Origin: Candidatus Micrarchaeota archaeon
Lineage (GTDB): Archaea > Micrarchaeota > Micrarchaeia > Anstonellales > J096
DNA length: 60,047 nucleotides
Reading direction: 5' to 3'
Assembly: GCA_964467175.1 (NCBI GenBank)
Contig: CAYXNY010000045.1
Location: 1 to 60,047, forward strand
The stretch's first letter is position 1. The number at the start of each line of letters is the position of its first letter. This document shows positions 29,951-39,105 of this stretch, piece by piece. The translations under genes were made by a program, and so were the position numbers. Below the pieces are notes generated by a model. It ran no database searches and was not told the origin of the DNA. It was given only the letters and a program-made list of their open reading frames with translations.

Positions 29951-31223
29951 GTTCTTCCTCTGTATAAATGCTTCTCTCGCCCATCTCCCCGGCCAGGTTC
30001 TCCATCATCTGCTCCCTTGCTTTTTTTGCATTCCTCTCATGCCCCAAAACCCAAGAAAGTTTAACAAATGCGCACTCAGGCGTCCAGTCGGCGAGATGGC
30101 CGATGACCCCGGCTTCCCTCAAAATTCTGCCGGCAGTATAAACATTCATGTTTATTCTCCCGCTTATGCACTGGCTTGCCATCGCGACAACGACATCGGA
30201 TTCAACAAGCTCCTCTATTTTTTCGATTATCGGCTTTGCATGCTTATCCTTAAAAGGATTTGTAGAAACATGCCCCAGCCCGGTACCGGCCAAAACAATC
30301 CCCTTGTAATCTGAAAATGCATCAAACAATTTTGGCTTTATTCCTGGATAAAAATAAACCAAACCCACTTCATCGCTGAACCTGTTGTCAAACCTCAACC
30401 CGCCCGCGCTTCTCTTTTTATACTCAAAAATTTTTTCAAATTTTTTCGTTCTATAATCAACCTTTGCAAGCGGGGGGATGTTTATGCTTTTGAATGCATC
30501 CCTTCTGCTGGTATGCATCTTTCTTACCTTCACCCCCCTGTGAACAAAGCCAAAATCATCGCTGCTCGTTGCGTGCATCACCGCAACAACCTCGCCCAAA
30601 TCCTGCTTTGCGGTAAAAACAGCATTCAACAAGTTCATTTTGTTGTCGCTGCTCGGCCTGTCCGCGCTTCTCTGCGCGCCCGTGAAAACAACCGGCACTG
30701 GAAGGTTTTGAAGGGCAAACGCCATAGCGGAGCAAGAATAACTCATCGTATCTGTTCCGTGCAGAACAACTACGCCCTCCGCTCCATTCTTTATCTCATT
30801 TTTTATCTCTTCAGCCATTACCCCCCAGTGCTCTTGGTTTATATCTTCGCTTAAGACGGAAAAGACATTCCTTAGATTTATCGTTGCTATTTCGTTTAGC
30901 TCAGGAAAAGCGGTTTTAAACTCTTCTGCGCTGATTAAGGGATATACAGCTCCAGTTTTGTACTCTATTTTTGACGTGATCGTTCCCCCGCATCCCAATA
31001 TTCTTACCCCCCCTTCTTTTCCCTCCTCTTTTTTTTCCTTCGGCCTGCCGAGCATTTCCTTTCCGACAATTTCAATTTTTTCCACATTTTTTCTGTCCAG
31101 CCCAACATTATACCCGCTGGAAAGCTTCAAAACAATCTTTTCTTTGTTCGTTTGGGGCATCGCTATTCCCTCAATTGTTTTTCCCTTCCACACAACCCTT
31201 ATCCTGTCTCCGGTTTCCATCAT
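29943..31223 (-). CDS. gatD: Glu-tRNA(Gln) amidotransferase subunit D (asparaginase-like)
   Basis: 426 aa. N-terminal GatD-specific domain followed by asparaginase motifs ILGCGGTITSK and LHGTDTMSY. ATGA overlap with the argF stop. Confidence 0.85.
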   Translation of the reverse strand: MMETGDRIRVVWKGKTIEGIAMPQTNKEKIVLKLSSGYNVGLDRKNVEKIEIVGKEMLGRPKEKKEEGKEGGVRILGCGGTITSKIEYKTGAVYPLISAEEFKTAFPELNEIATINLRNVFSVLSEDINQEHWGVMAEEIKNEIKNGAEGVVVLHGTDTMSYSCSAMAFALQNLPVPVVFTGAQRSADRPSSDNKMNLLNAVFTAKQDLGEVVAVMHATSSDDFGFVHRGVKVRKMHTSRRDAFKSINIPPLAKVDYRTKKFEKIFEYKKRSAGGLRFDNRFSDEVGLVYFYPGIKPKLFDAFSDYKGIVLAGTGLGHVSTNPFKDKHAKPIIEKIEELVESDVVVAMASQCISGRINMNVYTAGRILREAGVIGHLADWTPECAFVKLSWVLGHERNAKKAREQMMENLAGEMGERSIYTEEEHE

Positions 31224-32161
31224 TTTCCACCCATGAGCGCAGCCAGTATCGCATTCTGCGCATGCAGCCTGTTCTCCGCCTCATCGAAAACAACGCTCCA
31301 CCTTCCATCTATAACTTCATCCACAACCTCCTGCCCCCTGTGCGCAGGAAGACAATGCATGAATATAGCGTCCTTTTTCGCTTTTTTCATAAGCTCCTGA
31401 TTGACTTGATAGGGCTTTAAGTCCGCAAGCCTTTTCTGCTCATCCTCCTGCCCCATGCTCACCCATGTATCCGTAATCACCACATCCGCGCCCTCCACCA
31501 ACTCAATCTCATGCCCAATAACTATTTTCCCTTTCGCCTGCTTCTTCGCCTTTTCAAAAACCTCCTTTTTCGGCATGTACTCCATCTTATCCGGGCAGAT
31601 TCCATAAACATCCGCCCCGAGCTTTGAAAAACCGATCATGGTAGAGTGGAACATGTTGAACCCACAGTCCCCTAGGAAAACAACCTTCAGCCCCCCCACG
31701 TCTCCTTTATGCTCGAAAACAGTCTGCATATCCGCCATGGTCTGGCACGGGTGGAACATGTCTGTTAGACCGTTTATTACAGGAATGGTTGAGTATTTTG
31801 CAAACTCCTCTATTACCGTATGCTTATACAGCCTTGCCATCACCCCGTCAACATACCTGGAGAAAGTTCTGGCAGTATCCGCTATGCTTTCCCCCCTTCC
31901 CAGTTGAGTTGTCCGCAAATCGACATAGAGCGCATGCCCTCCTAGCTTTGTCATGCCCGCCTCAAAACTAACCCTTGTTCTTGTAGAAGGTTTTTCAAAA
32001 AGAAGCGCCAAACTTTTTCCTTTCAAGCTCTTCTTTACCTTTCCTTTTTTCATCTTTACCGCCAGGTCAATAAGCTCCCTTATCTCGCTTTCGGTATAAT
32101 CCAATAAAGTCAAAAAATGCCTCCCCCTGTATTTTTTTAGGTCCATACGCTCACCCTGCAC
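31220..32161 (-). CDS. argF: Ornithine carbamoyltransferase
   Basis: STRTRVSFE (carbamoyl-phosphate site), HPCQ, DTWVSMG and HCLPAHRG motifs are all present. Confidence 0.85.
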   Translation of the reverse strand: MQGERMDLKKYRGRHFLTLLDYTESEIRELIDLAVKMKKGKVKKSLKGKSLALLFEKPSTRTRVSFEAGMTKLGGHALYVDLRTTQLGRGESIADTARTFSRYVDGVMARLYKHTVIEEFAKYSTIPVINGLTDMFHPCQTMADMQTVFEHKGDVGGLKVVFLGDCGFNMFHSTMIGFSKLGADVYGICPDKMEYMPKKEVFEKAKKQAKGKIVIGHEIELVEGADVVITDTWVSMGQEDEQKRLADLKPYQVNQELMKKAKKDAIFMHCLPAHRGQEVVDEVIDGRWSVVFDEAENRLHAQNAILAALMGGK

Positions 32162-32207
32162 CTATTGTTCAATAAATGTTTTTAATGCTTGCGTTGGAAT
32201 CTAAAGC

Positions 32208-32702
32208 ATGGAGAAAATTTTTGAAGAGAGGAAGAGCGTCAGAAGCTTTAAGAATAAGCCGGTTGAGGAGGGAAAGATAAGGGGAATTGTTGAAGCCATA
32301 AACTCAGCTCCATCTGCTGGAAACCTCCAAGCCTACCGGGTTTTCTACACAACAAAAAAAGAAATCATAAGTAAAATTGCAGAAGCATGCTGGCAGGAAT
32401 GGATAGAGGAAGCCCCTGTTGTTTTTGTTTTCTTCGCCGACCCAAAAATTTCAGGAGCAAAATACGGCGAGAGAGGAAGAGCTCTTTATTCTATTCAGGA
32501 TGCAACCATCGCATGCGCATACGCACAGCTTCAAGCATCCTCGCTCGGCCTAGGGGCATGCTGGGTTGGGGCTTTTGATGACACAAAAATAAAGGAGATT
32601 TTCGCCGCGCGCGAGCTTATTCCGGTTGCAGTTCTTCCTGTTGGATATCCGAATGAAAAGCCATCCCCAAGAGAAAAGAAAAACAGGGCAGTTGAATTTT
32701 GA
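32208..32702 (+). CDS. Nitroreductase-family flavoprotein
   Basis: 164 aa. RKSVRSF N-terminus, SAGNLQ and GLGACWVG motifs typical of the nitroreductase fold. Confidence 0.75.
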   Translation: MEKIFEERKSVRSFKNKPVEEGKIRGIVEAINSAPSAGNLQAYRVFYTTKKEIISKIAEACWQEWIEEAPVVFVFFADPKISGAKYGERGRALYSIQDATIACAYAQLQASSLGLGACWVGAFDDTKIKEIFAARELIPVAVLPVGYPNEKPSPREKKNRAVEF

Positions 32703-32756
32703 TCAGAGTCAAGTCACCTCATCATTAATCAGAGATCACTTCCATCATCACTTATC
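32699..32756 (-). ncRNA. C/D-box sRNA (2'-O-methylation guide)
   Basis: Minus strand reads ...GTGATGA-tggaagtgatct-CTGA-tta-ATGATGA-ggtgacttgact-CTGA... The C, D', C' and D boxes are all canonical, both guide spacers are exactly 12 nt and the D'-C' linker is 3 nt. Intergenic and antisense to its neighbours. Nop5 and fibrillarin are encoded in the window. Confidence 0.75.
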
Positions 32757-32805
32757 CTATTTAACCAGGAGAAACTATTTTAAATGCTTTCTTTCAATTT
32801 TGCGC

Positions 32806-33045
32806 ATGAAAATAGAAAAAACATTTGTGTGCAAAGGATGCGGGAACAAGCTGAACATACACAGCGAAGTGGAGCTTAACGACATTGATTTGACGCTTTT
32901 CGGCAAATGTCCATACTGCGGTGCGACAGTTCAGCTCTCCGTAATAGTTGAAAAGAGCGCTCCGGTAGCGACAAATGTTGACGAGCAGGTAATAAAAGAG
33001 GAGATGGAAATTCCGGCGGGAAGCATAGACAGTCTGTTCAAGTAA
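32806..33045 (+). CDS. Small zinc-ribbon protein
   Basis: Trimmed to MKIEKTFVCKGCGNK...GKCPYCGAT (CxxC...CxxC), 79 aa. The upstream part of the listed ORF overlaps the C/D sRNA region. Confidence 0.5.
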   Translation: MKIEKTFVCKGCGNKLNIHSEVELNDIDLTLFGKCPYCGATVQLSVIVEKSAPVATNVDEQVIKEEMEIPAGSIDSLFK

Positions 33046-33082
33046 AGAGAAATAAAAAACTCCCCGAAGAAATGCGTTATGC

Positions 33083-33847
33083 CTATTTTAATTGTTGCAA
33101 AACACCCAGCAATTCCTTTATACTGTTTATTTCATAGGTAGGCGAGTATTTTCTTGCCTTCCCTATTAAAACGCTTTTAACCCCAGCTCTATCCGCCATC
33201 TTTATATCTGTTTCTTCGCTGTCTCCCACCATAACTACTTCGCTTTTTTTCAACCCATTCTCTTTAAGCAATTCATTTAGCATGTACAGGCTAGGCTTTC
33301 CGATTACAACCGGCCCTACTCCTGTTGCGAACTCTAGCCCCTTTACGCTCAACCCTGCTCCTGGAAGCTCGCCGTCTTCAACAGGATAGAATTTATCCTC
33401 GTTTGTTGCAACAAAAAACCCACCGTTTTTTATCGCCCGGTACGCAATTGAAAGTTTCTTATAATTCAATGTGCTGTCAAAACCAACCGCCACGATATTT
33501 GCTGTTTCCCCCTCCTTTCCATCCACAACCCTAAAACCTATGTTTTTTATTTCCTCGGTAAGCCCGCCGGTGCTTATTACATACACCGTAGTTGGTTTGA
33601 ACCTCTTTTTGATATACATCGCCGTTGAATGTGAGGAGACATACACATCATTTTCTAGAAAATCAAAACCGATTTTTTTAAGGTGCTCGGTATAAGACCT
33701 TTTTGAATAGGAGGAGTTGTTGGATAGCACAAAAACCCTGCATCTCTCCCGTATTTTTTTAACCGCCTCAACTGCACCTTCAACCGGCGTTTTCCCTCTT
33801 TTCAGCACCCCGTCAACATCAAATATAACGGCCCTAATACCTGCCAT
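33083..33847 (-). CDS. HAD-superfamily (subfamily IIA, NagD-like) phosphatase
   Basis: DxDG motif AVIFDVDGVL, then VLSNNS and MVGDSEETDI, in HAD order. Confidence 0.75.
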   Translation of the reverse strand: MAGIRAVIFDVDGVLKRGKTPVEGAVEAVKKIRERCRVFVLSNNSSYSKRSYTEHLKKIGFDFLENDVYVSSHSTAMYIKKRFKPTTVYVISTGGLTEEIKNIGFRVVDGKEGETANIVAVGFDSTLNYKKLSIAYRAIKNGGFFVATNEDKFYPVEDGELPGAGLSVKGLEFATGVGPVVIGKPSLYMLNELLKENGLKKSEVVMVGDSEETDIKMADRAGVKSVLIGKARKYSPTYEINSIKELLGVLQQLK

Positions 33848-33908
33848 TCAACCCCCTAATCCTTACCTTTCCATCACCTTTTTATTATTTTCCTTTCAAA
33901 TTTGAAGC

Positions 33909-35402
33909 ATGAGAGTTAAAAACCTTCTAGTAGCACTTTTGCTCTTCGGGCTGGCGTTTGCAGAGTTCGGGATACTCCTCACCCCGACGGGCACGATAGA
34001 GGACGAGGAGCTTACATCCATACAGGGAATTTTTTATACAAGCGGAAAAATATACATAATCAGCCCAGACATTTCTGGCTATTTTATCTACAACATACAG
34101 GATAAGGATATAGATAAGAAAACATACGACCAGCTCAATGGTCTGCGGGACATCTTCATTGACGAAAATGGGTACATGTACTTAACAAAGAGCGGGAGCA
34201 TATGGAAAAGAGCGCCCTCCCTAAAGCAGATTCGTACTTACGATGATGCGTATGGCATATGGAAGCTTGGAGATACTTTATACCTTACGGATGATAAGAA
34301 CAACCGATTTGTTGTGATGTCGACAGATGGAGCCACCCTTAATTTTGTTGGCGAGAAGGGGCAGTACAACCTCATGTTTGATTCGCCGAAGGGAATATTC
34401 TATAACGAAGGGAAGTTCTACGTTGCGGACTATAACAATGGAAGGGTTCAGGTTATCTACGAAAACCTAACCCTGCACGCAATCTGCGGGCAGAAAAACA
34501 TAAACATGCAAAGCGCATATGATGTTTTTGTGGATGCGGACTATGTCTATGTTGCGGATAAGAAAGGAAATCAGGTAGTTTGGTTTACCAAGGACTGCTA
34601 CCCTGTTTTTGCATACACCATAAACTCTCCTGTTGGAGTTTGGGTTGTGGACAACACAATGTACATCGCCCAGGAGGACGGAAAAATACAGACATTCAAC
34701 TACGAAAGGCTCACTCCCCAGCAGTATATATTCCTCCAGATGAGGCAATACTTTGATGCAGTGAAATACTACGAGCGGTTGTACTACATCGGCAAGGAGA
34801 TAAATGTCGGCGGCGAGTGGGGGCTCATAGCCGCGTATGACGGCGTTCAGGCAAAATACGAGGAAAACAAGCCCGGCGAGGCGTATTTCTACCTGCAAAA
34901 ATTCAAATCCTACAATCTGGCTGATGAAACCGTCAAGCTTGAGAATGCCGTCTCCGCGAGAATACTCTCCCTTGCACAGGGGAGGTGGAATGAAAAAGAA
35001 ATAGTCGATACTGCCAAAACAAAAAACTTTGAGCTTGCGCTCGAACTTTTGAAAACCGAACAGCCGGCCCCCCCTCCGGCAAATAAAACTGAAGAAGAAA
35101 TTCCCCCCCGGCCGGAGCAGAACATAACCAAAATACCAAAAGAGGCATTTAGCGAAGTTGAGCAGAAGATTGCAAATCCGCCGCCTCTTGTCGACTATAC
35201 CCGGGCCAAGGACTATTATGAAAAAGCTTTGGAATATGAGGAGAAGGACCCTGAACTTGCGTACTCCTACTTGCAGAGCGCAAACAGCTTGATCGAGGAG
35301 GAGAACAGGAAAACCTCCATCTATCCCCTGCTCGCGCTTCTTGCTGTGGTTATCGTTGCTCTGATAGGGTATGCTTTGGCGGGCGGGAAGAAAAGAAGAT
35401 GA
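33909..35402 (+). CDS. Secreted NHL/beta-propeller repeat protein with C-terminal TM anchor
   Basis: Signal-like N-terminus. Repeated FDSPKGIFYNEGKFYVADYNNGRVQVI-type NHL units. Helical region, then a TM (LLALLAVVIVALIGYAL) plus a KKRR tail. Confidence 0.6.
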   Translation: MRVKNLLVALLLFGLAFAEFGILLTPTGTIEDEELTSIQGIFYTSGKIYIISPDISGYFIYNIQDKDIDKKTYDQLNGLRDIFIDENGYMYLTKSGSIWKRAPSLKQIRTYDDAYGIWKLGDTLYLTDDKNNRFVVMSTDGATLNFVGEKGQYNLMFDSPKGIFYNEGKFYVADYNNGRVQVIYENLTLHAICGQKNINMQSAYDVFVDADYVYVADKKGNQVVWFTKDCYPVFAYTINSPVGVWVVDNTMYIAQEDGKIQTFNYERLTPQQYIFLQMRQYFDAVKYYERLYYIGKEINVGGEWGLIAAYDGVQAKYEENKPGEAYFYLQKFKSYNLADETVKLENAVSARILSLAQGRWNEKEIVDTAKTKNFELALELLKTEQPAPPPANKTEEEIPPRPEQNITKIPKEAFSEVEQKIANPPPLVDYTRAKDYYEKALEYEEKDPELAYSYLQSANSLIEEENRKTSIYPLLALLAVVIVALIGYALAGGKKRR

Positions 35403-36034
35403 GAGCCGCTGTCCTTTTTTCAGGCGGGAAGGATTCTGTTTTTTCTGTTTTTTGCGCACTTTCCAGCGGCTGGGAGGCTGAGCTCATTACTGTTCTCGGA
35501 GAAGAGGACAGCATGATGTTTCATAAGCCGAATTTGAAATACACAGAAATGCAGGCGGAGGCGATGGGCCTTAAGCATTATTTTATTAAAAGCGACGACG
35601 AGCTGAACGGAATAAAAAAGTTTCTGAAAAAAAACAAATTCGGCGGGATTGTAAGCGGTGCGATAGCGAGCGAATACCAAAGGCAGAAAATAGACATGCT
35701 GGGCGAAGAGCTTAGGATTCCTACATTTTCATTCCTCTGGCATAAGGAGAAACAGCTTTTATCCGATGTTTTGGAGTACTTTGAAACCTACGTAGTTGCC
35801 GTTTCTGCGGAAGGGCTTGGGAAGGACCTTCTCGGAAAACCTTTCAAAGAGATTAAGGCAAAATACCCCATCCACCCTCTTTTGGAGGGAGGAGAAGGCG
35901 AAACTTTTGTCGCATGGGCGCCTTTTTTCAAGAAAAGGATAAAAATTGAAAAATGGAAGATAAATTGGGACGGCATAAGAGGGGAGGCAGAGATAGAAAG
36001 GGCAAAACTTAGCGACCCCCCCAAAACTTCTTAA
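35399..36034 (+). CDS. PP-loop ATP pyrophosphatase, MJ0570/Dph6 (diphthine-ammonia ligase-like) family
   Basis: MRAAVLFSGGKDS PP-loop, ...SGAIASEYQR, EGGEGETF. ATGA overlap with the upstream gene. Confidence 0.7.
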   Translation: MRAAVLFSGGKDSVFSVFCALSSGWEAELITVLGEEDSMMFHKPNLKYTEMQAEAMGLKHYFIKSDDELNGIKKFLKKNKFGGIVSGAIASEYQRQKIDMLGEELRIPTFSFLWHKEKQLLSDVLEYFETYVVAVSAEGLGKDLLGKPFKEIKAKYPIHPLLEGGEGETFVAWAPFFKKRIKIEKWKINWDGIRGEAEIERAKLSDPPKTS

Positions 36035-37841
36035 CATATTTTTCCGGCTCACTCGAAATGACAAAGCTTTCATCTTCCGGAAAAAGTTTTTTGTAATTCC
36101 TCCATCTAAACCTCTCATCCATATACACAACCGCCGCCCTGTCTTCATGTTTCCTTATAGCCCTCCCCCCCGCCTGCATGGCTTTCATGACAGCAGGGTA
36201 GATGTATCCGTATTCCCATCCCTTCCCGAATTTTTCCTGATAGTAATCTATGAGAGCTTCAACTTCCAATCCCATCTCTTCGAGCGCAATCCCAGCGACA
36301 ACTACTGTTTTTATCTGTCCTTTGTTGTAATCAATCCCTTCTGAAAGAGAGCCTCCCTGCACTGCGCAAAGCATCCCTCCCTCTTCGCTAAATCTTTTGA
36401 ATATTTCATAAACCTCGCGCGGCTTCATCCTCTCCCTCTGCGCAAAAATAGGTCTTGTTTTTATTAGGGGGAGCACGTTGTTCATTACCTTATAGGATGC
36501 AAAAAATACGGCCGTTCCTCCAGGCGTTGCCTTTGCTATGTTGTCTATCTTCTCTGCAAACTTCTCATACTCCTCAAAATTCCTCCTGCTGTACCTAGTT
36601 GTTATCCCTTCGACTATTATGTTCAGCTTGTTGCTTTTTGAAAATGGAGAGCTGTATTGTTTCATTATAGACCTCTTTTCCTCCAACCCCAACACATCCC
36701 TGTACATCTCCAGAGGAAGGAGCGTTCCGCTCATGAGTATCAAAGAATGGGCCTTTCCAAGCTCAGAGGTGGAAATGCTCGGGTCTAAGAATTTTTTGCT
36801 CAAAGAAAAATACCCATTCTTTTTTCTCAAAATTCTAATCGCAGAGACCTCCTCCCCCTGCCAGCCCTTCAGAAACTTAGCAAGCTTCAGGCAGTAACTC
36901 CTCCTCGTTGTTCTCTCCACCCACTCCAACCCGATCATTTCAAAATAATCCGCCATCTCTTCCTCTTTCATATTGTAATGAGCGATGAAGGAATTCAGCA
37001 TTTCCTCCCCCACCAGCATTTCTTTTCTTTCTTTTGCTGTTTCCCCAGCCCATTCATTGAAAGTTTTTTCCATTTTTGCGCTTTCCAGCCCAAGCTGTTT
37101 CATCTCCTTGTCCACCCTCCGCATCACAAACGAATTTATCGTTGTTGAGAGTTGGTCTCGCACTCTTTTCGGAAGGTTGTGCGCCTCATCCACTATTATT
37201 ATGGATTTTTCAAGCGTTTTCTTGGTTTTCATAAGGAAAAGTTGCCTTACGCTTGGAATCGTTAGATGAAAATAATCGGCAACTATCACCCGCGCCTTTT
37301 TTGCAAGCTCCAGCGTCCATTCATAAGGGCATGCATCATGCTTTTTTCCCATCTCCACCATTTCCAGATGGTTGTATGAGTTGCGGAAGAGTTTTTTGAA
37401 AAGCTCGCCGGCTTTCTGCTGCTGTGCTCTTGTATATCCCCTGGATTTTTCATAATGCGGGCACAGCTCCTTTTTCCTCATCTTCTCGCACGCCTGGTAA
37501 AAAGAATCCTGGTCAAGCTCCTCCAATGCCGGGTGGATGCACATATACTTCCTTCCCACAACATCAGCGGTAGGTACCTTTATTCCGTATTTTTCCTCTA
37601 TTCCCTTCACAACATCCAGCGCTATTTTATGCTGGGAGATTTTCGGGGTTAGAAAGAATACATTAAGGTTGTTCTCGAGTGCATGCGTGATTGCCGGGCT
37701 GAGAACCGCGTCAGTTTTTCCCAGGCCAACGGGCGCGTGCGCCAGCAGATGCATCCTGTTTTCTATCGCTTCGCATGCATCATTGACAAGCGTATCCTGG
37801 CATCTTCTGAGCTTCTCATGCCTAAAGTATATCTTCACCAC
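36009..37841 (-). CDS. xpd: XPD/Rad3-type (DinG family) Fe-S DNA helicase
   Basis: 610 aa. Walker A APVGLGKT and a DEAH box VDEAHNL. Four cysteines of the FeS domain lie between motifs I and II (CIHP...C...CPHY...CPYE). Confidence 0.85.
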   Translation of the reverse strand: MVKIYFRHEKLRRCQDTLVNDACEAIENRMHLLAHAPVGLGKTDAVLSPAITHALENNLNVFFLTPKISQHKIALDVVKGIEEKYGIKVPTADVVGRKYMCIHPALEELDQDSFYQACEKMRKKELCPHYEKSRGYTRAQQQKAGELFKKLFRNSYNHLEMVEMGKKHDACPYEWTLELAKKARVIVADYFHLTIPSVRQLFLMKTKKTLEKSIIIVDEAHNLPKRVRDQLSTTINSFVMRRVDKEMKQLGLESAKMEKTFNEWAGETAKERKEMLVGEEMLNSFIAHYNMKEEEMADYFEMIGLEWVERTTRRSYCLKLAKFLKGWQGEEVSAIRILRKKNGYFSLSKKFLDPSISTSELGKAHSLILMSGTLLPLEMYRDVLGLEEKRSIMKQYSSPFSKSNKLNIIVEGITTRYSRRNFEEYEKFAEKIDNIAKATPGGTAVFFASYKVMNNVLPLIKTRPIFAQRERMKPREVYEIFKRFSEEGGMLCAVQGGSLSEGIDYNKGQIKTVVVAGIALEEMGLEVEALIDYYQEKFGKGWEYGYIYPAVMKAMQAGGRAIRKHEDRAAVVYMDERFRWRNYKKLFPEDESFVISSEPEKYVKKFWGGR

Positions 37842-37869
37842 AGAAAAATTTCAGCAGAAAATTTTATAA

Positions 37870-38550
37870 TCATGATTTAACTACGACCCCGCTCTTCGTA
37901 ATATCCATAAAAACCATCTTCATCTCATGCCTTACTCCCTTCATCTTCAGCACTTCCAGAGCCCTTTCCCTCCTTCCATCCTGCCATATATAGTGGATAT
38001 GTATCCAACCGTCCGTTAGCGTTTCAACTCCGTATTTTGTCGCCGGCAGGACATCCTGCGTTGTTGATGGCGTATCCTCGGTGATTATGAATGTTGTGGT
38101 GTTCCATTTCTTTATGTTTTCTATAAGCCTCATGAACCCCCTTTTCCTCTCCAAATCATTGTTGAACTGAAGGGCTATAGGCATTATAGAATCTATTACG
38201 ACCCTCTCTATACCCATAGTTTCTATGAGCTCTTTTACAGGGTTCATTTTTGAAATAAACTGGTCAACTTCATGGGGGGGATAGTCGAGGAAAAAAAGCT
38301 TTTTGTTTTTTTCAAGAAAATCAATATTCCAGGAAAATTCCTTCATCTGCTCGAGCACCTCCTCCTTCGTGCTTTCTATAGGTATGTACAAGCCCGCCTC
38401 TCCCTGCTCTACCCCTCCTACGATGAAGTTCATCCCGAATGTGGATTTTCCGCAGCCAGTCGGCCCGCTTACCGCAACCACGCTTCCCTTCGGTATTCCT
38501 CCGCCTAAAAGCTTGTCAAGCCCCTTTATACCTGATTTTATTATCTCCAT
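37870..38550 (-). CDS. KaiC/RadA-like RecA-superfamily ATPase (single domain)
   Basis: 226 aa. GGGIPKGSVVAVSGPTGCGKST Walker A, hydrophobic-D Walker B (RVVIDSI). Confidence 0.7.
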   Translation of the reverse strand: MEIIKSGIKGLDKLLGGGIPKGSVVAVSGPTGCGKSTFGMNFIVGGVEQGEAGLYIPIESTKEEVLEQMKEFSWNIDFLEKNKKLFFLDYPPHEVDQFISKMNPVKELIETMGIERVVIDSIMPIALQFNNDLERKRGFMRLIENIKKWNTTTFIITEDTPSTTQDVLPATKYGVETLTDGWIHIHYIWQDGRRERALEVLKMKGVRHEMKMVFMDITKSGVVVKS

Positions 38551-38556
38551 AAATCA

Positions 38557-39060
38557 TCACTCTTTTTTCCCGCTTTTTTCAAGAAGCATCCTTCCCAATT
38601 TTATCCTGTTCTCAAGCTCCTTTTTCATCCTCTCCACATCCTCTTTTTTCGCAACCCTTTCAAGTATATATTTTTTGTGGTCGAACATCATGGTTGATAC
38701 GGACATGAGAAGCTCATGCGCATCTGCCATACTCATCTTTATCTCCTCGGGTTCGAGTATCTCAAGCGAAAACGGGCTGTACCTTCCGACGAATTTTACG
38801 AGTGCGGGCATGCTCTTAGCAAGCAACTTTACCTCTATCGCAGTGGATATCACGCCCTCGCTCTCTATCGGTTCGTCTATCTCCCCCACAACATAAACTA
38901 TTCCCGGCTCCTTCAGCATCCCTTTTATGAATCCAGTAGAGAATTCCCTTATCTTCTCCTTGTCCGTTCCGTGCACATCGAAGTAAAGCAACGCGAGCAC
39001 GCCCCCCTCCTTTACGGTCTCTTTTATGACTTTTTCTTCATTTATATCCATGCTATCCAT
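38557..39060 (-). CDS. Hypothetical protein upstream of and co-oriented with the KaiC-like ATPase
   Basis: 167 aa. No motif recognised. A 6-nt gap separates it from the downstream ATPase gene. Confidence 0.4.
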   Translation of the reverse strand: MDSMDINEEKVIKETVKEGGVLALLYFDVHGTDKEKIREFSTGFIKGMLKEPGIVYVVGEIDEPIESEGVISTAIEVKLLAKSMPALVKFVGRYSPFSLEILEPEEIKMSMADAHELLMSVSTMMFDHKKYILERVAKKEDVERMKKELENRIKLGRMLLEKSGKKE

Positions 39061-39105
39061 CCTTTATTATCAGAAAAACTTTATAAAGTTGCTATATAAA
39101 ACATT

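Noticed and set aside
34467-35459. 330-aa minus-strand ORF
   Set aside because: It is antisense to the NHL-repeat protein gene and the dph6-like start. There are no motifs, and the plus-strand frame has clear repeat structure and a signal/anchor.
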